DNA from: an uncultured Bacilli bacterium
GTDB lineage: Bacteria; Bacillota_I; Bacilli_A; RF39; UBA660
Direction: 5' to 3'
Assembly (NCBI GenBank): GCA_947628905.1
Contig: CANRBQ010000004.1
Span: 1 to 48,813 of the forward strand
DNA length: 48,813 nucleotides
Part shown: positions 48,217-48,813 of the stretch, one piece after another
How the letters are laid out: every line of letters begins with the position of its first letter
How positions within the stretch are numbered: the first letter of the stretch is position 1
Notes under the pieces: generated by a model
What the model saw: the letters and a program-made list of their open reading frames with translations, nothing else
What the model was told of the DNA's origin: nothing
The model's database searches: none
Made by a program: the position numbers and the translations under genes

Positions 48217-48672
48217 TTAATTAATCTTCTTAGGATTATCTATTCTACCCAACAAATAGTCAGCAGACATTTTATAATTATCACATATTGTATATAAAAA
48301 TGGTGTAGGAATAAGTCTTTTTCCCTTTTCATAATCCGACAAAACAGACTGTGTAGTATTTAATAATTCACTTAATTTTTCTTGAGTAAATCTATTTTCT
48401 TTTCTAAAAGCCCTTAATCTTTCACCACTTTTCTTAAGATCAAAACCTTTAAAACAGTTATTATAATTCCTAGATTCACAAAAACTAAAAATATAGTCTA
48501 AAGAAACATTAAAATAATCACACAATACAATTAAATGTTTAATCGGAATTACTAAATCTTCTTTTTCATAATGACTATATGTTCCACTATCAAGATTAAT
48601 CATCTCCCCCGCTTTCCTTTGAGTTAAACCTTCCCTATTTCTTAAACTTTCCAATCTTTCTCTATAAAGCAT
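48217..48672 (-). CDS. tandem (double) XRE HTH regulator
   Basis: Two HTH repeats; TYSHYE..IPIKHL and GERL..FRKEN..TQ..SADYLLGR shared with 36100..36555. Confidence 0.88.
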   Translation of the reverse strand: MLYRERLESLRNREGLTQRKAGEMINLDSGTYSHYEKEDLVIPIKHLIVLCDYFNVSLDYIFSFCESRNYNNCFKGFDLKKSGERLRAFRKENRFTQEKLSELLNTTQSVLSDYEKGKRLIPTPFLYTICDNYKMSADYLLGRIDNPKKIN

Positions 48673-48746
48673 TTAAAATCACCATTATAATTCTTTCATA
48701 TCTAAGTTATAATGTCACATTTTACTGGAATTATACGATATTTTTC

Positions 48747-48813
48747 TTGACAATTTACACTTGCTAGATTATAATTTTAGTATAAGTTAGAAATTTCTAA
48801 TATAATTGAGTAA
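48747..48813 (+). promoter_or_regulatory. sigma-A promoter plus conserved leader with palindrome (copy 2), pointing out of the window
   Basis: TTGACA (48747-52), 17 nt, TATAAT (48770-75); TTAGAAATTTCTAA at 48787-48800. Confidence 0.85.

Noticed and set aside
1-48813. A complete DGR, retron or CRISPR system in the window
   Set aside because: No reverse transcriptase (no YxDD context), no Asn-rich template repeat, no repeat-spacer array and no cas genes were seen by eye.
1-48813. Window as a circular element (the end has the promoter, the start has a gene lacking only its first codons)
   Set aside because: There is no terminal overlap and the content is core chromosomal (leuS, obgE, scpAB); a break at a multi-copy repeat is simpler.

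Overview
Very AT-rich (roughly one quarter GC by eye) chromosomal segment of a low-GC Firmicute using genetic code 11. Gene content resembles uncultured gut Bacilli such as RF39; this is inference. Housekeeping genes: leuS with T-box and an inserted Nudix domain, class I lysyl-tRNA synthetase, obgE, scpA/B, tRNA-Leu(CAA), feoAB with a DtxR-family regulator, spoVAC/D/E, LCP, PAP2, YfhO. There is also a Tad pilus locus plus a second cluster of non-canonical prepilin-like genes. Two signals stand out. (1) A repeated surface-protein cassette: a tandem-HTH XRE gene divergent from a sigma-A promoter with a 49-bp identical leader containing a 14-bp palindrome, then a secreted protein with a DGR-target-like C-terminus (..GVRPVINL), then a conserved two-hairpin 3' element with compensatory changes. 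The first copy has an NNC/NNY codon signature typical of a diversity-generating-retroelement variable region, but no RT or template repeat is in the window. (2) A complete Lys-rich leader-peptide attenuator (promoter, RBS, 28-aa leader, 1:2/2:3/3:4 pairings) in front of the class I LysRS. No CRISPR array, rRNA, transposase or integrase was found.
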